Below are positions 61,061 through 64,000 of a DNA stretch of 64,000 bases, in pieces; position 1 is the stretch's first letter, and each line of letters starts with the position of its first letter. Source of the DNA: an uncultured Gemmatimonadales bacterium (lineage in GTDB: Bacteria > Gemmatimonadota > Gemmatimonadetes > Gemmatimonadales > GWC2-71-9). Made by a program: the position numbers and the translations under genes. The notes under the pieces were generated by a model. It was not told where the DNA came from. It did no database searches and saw only the letters and a list, made by a program, of their open reading frames with translations. The stretch is from contig CAVZZO010000003.1 in NCBI GenBank assembly GCA_963779755.1, positions 1,248,001 to 1,312,000 of the forward strand, in the 5' to 3' direction.

Positions 61061-61972
61061 ATGCGCACGTTCGCGAGAGGGAGCGCGTTGCTGGTCATCG
61101 CGCTCGCGGGACTGGCCGGTTGCGACAGCAAGGTCAAGCAGGAGAACGCGGAGCTGAAACAGCAGGTCCAGCAGATGGCTGCGGTTTCCGCCGAGAAGGA
61201 CAGCCTGATGGGACTGGTGGTGGAAAACACCCAGATGGTGAACGACATCAACGCCCAGCTCAGCAAGGTGAAGAACCTGAAGAGCGGCGTCCTGCCGGTC
61301 ACCGCTCCCGAGACGGGCCAGCCGGACACGGTGAACGCCCGGACCTACCTGCTCGCGCGGGTGAAGGAAGTCACCGAACGGGTGAACAAGGCGGAGGACC
61401 GGCTGCGAGGCACTCAGCAGCGGCTGGCCCGGCTCTCGCGCGCGAACGATACGCTGAAGACCGCGCTGACCAACTTTGAGGAGACGGTTCAGAAATTCCA
61501 GGCGATCATCGATACCCAGAAGGTGACGATCGCCAGCATGACCGATCAGATCAACCAGCTGCAGGAACAGAACGTCCAGCTCGTGGCCGAGAAGCAGGCA
61601 CTGACCGATACGGTCAGCAACCTGACCGCCCAGAAAAACACGGTCTACTACGCCATCGGCACCAAGGACTCCCTGCGCAATGAAGGCATCGTGCGGCAGG
61701 AGGGCAGCAAGTTCCTCATTTTCGGCGGCCACACGCTGCAGCCCGCCCGCGATCTGCCGGTGGACGAGTTCACCGCGGTGGACATGCGGGAGGCGACCAC
61801 CATTCCGCTGCCCGATTCGACCCACTGGTACAAAATCGTCTCGCGGCAGAACCTGACCGGCCTCGCCACGCCGCCCGACGACAAGGGCCGGGTGAAAGGC
61901 AGCACCATCGAGATCGCCCAGCCGGCGGTATTCTGGGGGCCCAGCCGGTATCTGATTGTGGTGCGGGACTGA
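61061..61972 (+). CDS. Coiled-coil lipoprotein
   Basis: AAGGAG RBS; LAGC lipobox; long heptad region; C-terminal YYAIGTKDSL..FWGPSRYLIV domain. Confidence 0.8.
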   Translation: MRTFARGSALLVIALAGLAGCDSKVKQENAELKQQVQQMAAVSAEKDSLMGLVVENTQMVNDINAQLSKVKNLKSGVLPVTAPETGQPDTVNARTYLLARVKEVTERVNKAEDRLRGTQQRLARLSRANDTLKTALTNFEETVQKFQAIIDTQKVTIASMTDQINQLQEQNVQLVAEKQALTDTVSNLTAQKNTVYYAIGTKDSLRNEGIVRQEGSKFLIFGGHTLQPARDLPVDEFTAVDMREATTIPLPDSTHWYKIVSRQNLTGLATPPDDKGRVKGSTIEIAQPAVFWGPSRYLIVVRD

Positions 61973-61980
61973 AATAACGG

Positions 61981-62050
61981 TGGGAAACGGCGAAGAGGGA
62001 AAGGGGAAACGGACAGCCACCGTTTCCCCTTTCCCTTTTCCCGCTTCCCA
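61981..62050. repeat. Inverted 7-bp GGGAANN arrays (hairpin) between convergent genes
   Basis: tgggaaacggcgaagagggaaaggggaaacgg ... ccgtttcccctttcccttttcccgcttccca. Confidence 0.8.
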
Positions 62051-62065
62051 TGGACGCCAGGCCGC

Positions 62066-63997
62066 TCAGCCGGTGTTCAGGGCCTCGTCTGCCGCTCTCC
62101 GCAGCGCCTCGATAAATCCCCGGACATGATCGGGCGCCGGCGGAGGATCCAGCAGGAACGGGTCCATGACCGTCGAGCGCAACACCACCAGGCCCTCCGC
62201 GCCGCTGGATTTCCACTCCGCCGGACTCGCCACGCCCAGGTCCGCCAGGATGGGGTCCACCGCCCCGTCGTACATGGGGCTCTGGAACCGGGTGCGGGTG
62301 ATGATGTACTCCGGCGCCGCGGAGGCCGACGGCTTGCTCATGAGGCCGTAGATGCGCTCGTTGAAGGCGTTCACCGCCTCGAGGGTGGTCTGCGAGGGGT
62401 GCTGCAGCAGATAGCAGACGATGTTGATATCGGGTTCGGGAAGCAGGATCACCCGATAGGGCCCCAGGTCCGCCGAGCGCAATGAGGCGTGCAGCCGCCG
62501 GGCTCCCAGCACGGTCCGCTCCACCAGGTATCCGTACCCGCGCTCGTTCAACGGCAGCACCTTGTGGCTGAGCCAGACCGATGCCGCCGCGGCCCCCGGC
62601 TTGGAACCCTCGAAGATGTACCGCCCGATATAGTCCTCTTCCCGCCCGGCGGCCTCCTCGGCCGGCAACAGATAAGCCGGGTCTACCGCGACCAGCTCGC
62701 GGGCACGACGGTCCCGTACCAGGATGGCGCCGGCGGGATAGGGGATGTAGCCCAGCTTGTGGGGATCGATACTCACCGAGTCGGCCGCCGCCAGCGCTTC
62801 CATGGCGCCAACCCACTCCTCCGCCGGCCAGTCGCTGCCGGTGGAGGCCCGGATGTCGGCGGCCCGGCGCCGTTGCCCATCCAGCCGCCAGGTGACGCTG
62901 GCCGCATACCCGCCGTAACACGCATCCGAGTGCAGGTGAAAGGCGATGCCCAGCTCGCGGCCGGCGCGCTCCCGTACCTGCTGCACCAGATCGAGCCGGT
63001 CCACCGCGCTCTCTTCGGTGGTGCCGCAGACGCTGACGCAGGCGATGGCCGGCCGGTGGTCCGCCGCCTGGCGGCGCAGCCGCTCCCACAGAGCATCCGG
63101 ATCCAGCCGGAAGTGCCGGTCGACCGGGACGAACACCAGCTGGTTGGAACCGATCCCCAGCGCCCGGACGATCTTCTCCCAGGAGTAGTGGGCCGTCGCC
63201 GCCACCATGACCACCGCATCGGGCAACGGGTCGCCGAAGGCCTCGGACAGGCGCCGGTGATAGGTCTGGTATCCCGCGTTGGCCAGGGAGTGCCGGCTCA
63301 GCGCCCGGGCCATGTCGGGACGCGGGGCCGCTTCCCACAAATGCTGCCAGAGATCCAGCGCCGCCCGGGGCGTGATGTTGAGCAGCTCCCAGAGTCCCAG
63401 CCGCCGGAGCGACGTCCGGTCGCCACCCGGAACTTCGATATCCAGATCGATGCCCAGCTCGCTGCACGCCCCCGCGGCCGCCAGCGGCAGGTAGTGCACG
63501 TTCCGCGCAATCCACAGGGCCTCGAAGTTGGCCACCGTCCCGCCCGAGGTCAGATGACCCCAGGCCCGGTCCGGGTCGTACCCCAGCATGCCGGCCAGCT
63601 GGGCGGAGGCCTCCAGTTCGAGCCGGGTGGTCGTGGGCGACGCCTCGGTCGAGACGTTGTTGGGGTTGTAGAGCATCGCCGCGAAGTAACCGACCTGCGC
63701 GGCGATGGTCTGCTCGAAGTTCATGTGCCCCTTGTAGCGTCCGCTGAAGAACGGGACCTCGCTCTTGAGGCGCGCCAGCAGCCCCATCAGCTCCTGCGTC
63801 AGGGTGGCCACCGCCTCCTCGTAGCCTTCCGTGCGGCGGTCGGTCTCGCGGATACTGAAGCCGTCTTCGGGATGATAGTTCCGGCGCCAGAAGACGTGGT
63901 CCCGCAGCGCCTCGGTTATCAGGCGTTCCAGCAGGTCGGCGTTCTCGGCGCGGGGGCCCAGAAACCAGGCGCGGAGTGCGTCGCGGGGAGTCGGCAT
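62066..63997 (-). CDS. Group II PLP-dependent decarboxylase (tyrosine decarboxylase-like, long form)
   Basis: LYNPNN, TSGGTVANFEA, HYSW, HSDACYGGY, SIDPHKLG PLP lysine, EGSKPG. Confidence 0.88.
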   Translation of the reverse strand: MPTPRDALRAWFLGPRAENADLLERLITEALRDHVFWRRNYHPEDGFSIRETDRRTEGYEEAVATLTQELMGLLARLKSEVPFFSGRYKGHMNFEQTIAAQVGYFAAMLYNPNNVSTEASPTTTRLELEASAQLAGMLGYDPDRAWGHLTSGGTVANFEALWIARNVHYLPLAAAGACSELGIDLDIEVPGGDRTSLRRLGLWELLNITPRAALDLWQHLWEAAPRPDMARALSRHSLANAGYQTYHRRLSEAFGDPLPDAVVMVAATAHYSWEKIVRALGIGSNQLVFVPVDRHFRLDPDALWERLRRQAADHRPAIACVSVCGTTEESAVDRLDLVQQVRERAGRELGIAFHLHSDACYGGYAASVTWRLDGQRRRAADIRASTGSDWPAEEWVGAMEALAAADSVSIDPHKLGYIPYPAGAILVRDRRARELVAVDPAYLLPAEEAAGREEDYIGRYIFEGSKPGAAAASVWLSHKVLPLNERGYGYLVERTVLGARRLHASLRSADLGPYRVILLPEPDINIVCYLLQHPSQTTLEAVNAFNERIYGLMSKPSASAAPEYIITRTRFQSPMYDGAVDPILADLGVASPAEWKSSGAEGLVVLRSTVMDPFLLDPPPAPDHVRGFIEALRRAADEALNTG

Positions 63998-64000
63998 CGG

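Overview
Very GC-rich chromosomal segment of a diderm bacterium. The gene set and the many lipoproteins suggest Gemmatimonadota, but that is an inference. It holds about 60 CDSs: glcE/glcF, a frameshifted YgfZ-like gene, a MoxR/ChlI-like AAA+ ATPase and VWA partner, UdgB, M48/S46/S41 peptidases, a NarL-type two-component pair, a general-stress cluster, Lhr helicase, a porin operon with a Pro-tailed leader ORF, and a PLP decarboxylase. An IS3 element (10032-12734, AAC duplication) is interrupted by a nested IS30 element (10960-12431, CAT duplication). The most unusual signal is a family of inverted short-tandem-repeat arrays (7- and 11-bp units, purine-rich arm first) at many gene boundaries. 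The largest pair of arrays brackets a four-helix-bundle (23S rRNA IVP/Avd-like) gene, a gene-less copy of the same 11-mer pair lies 5 kb away, and related 8-mer runs sit in-frame inside Lhr. Two perfect CRP-type boxes and a paralogous pair of uncharacterised membrane proteins also stand out. No rRNA, tRNA or CRISPR array was recognised. All calls come from reading motifs by eye; no database searches were run.
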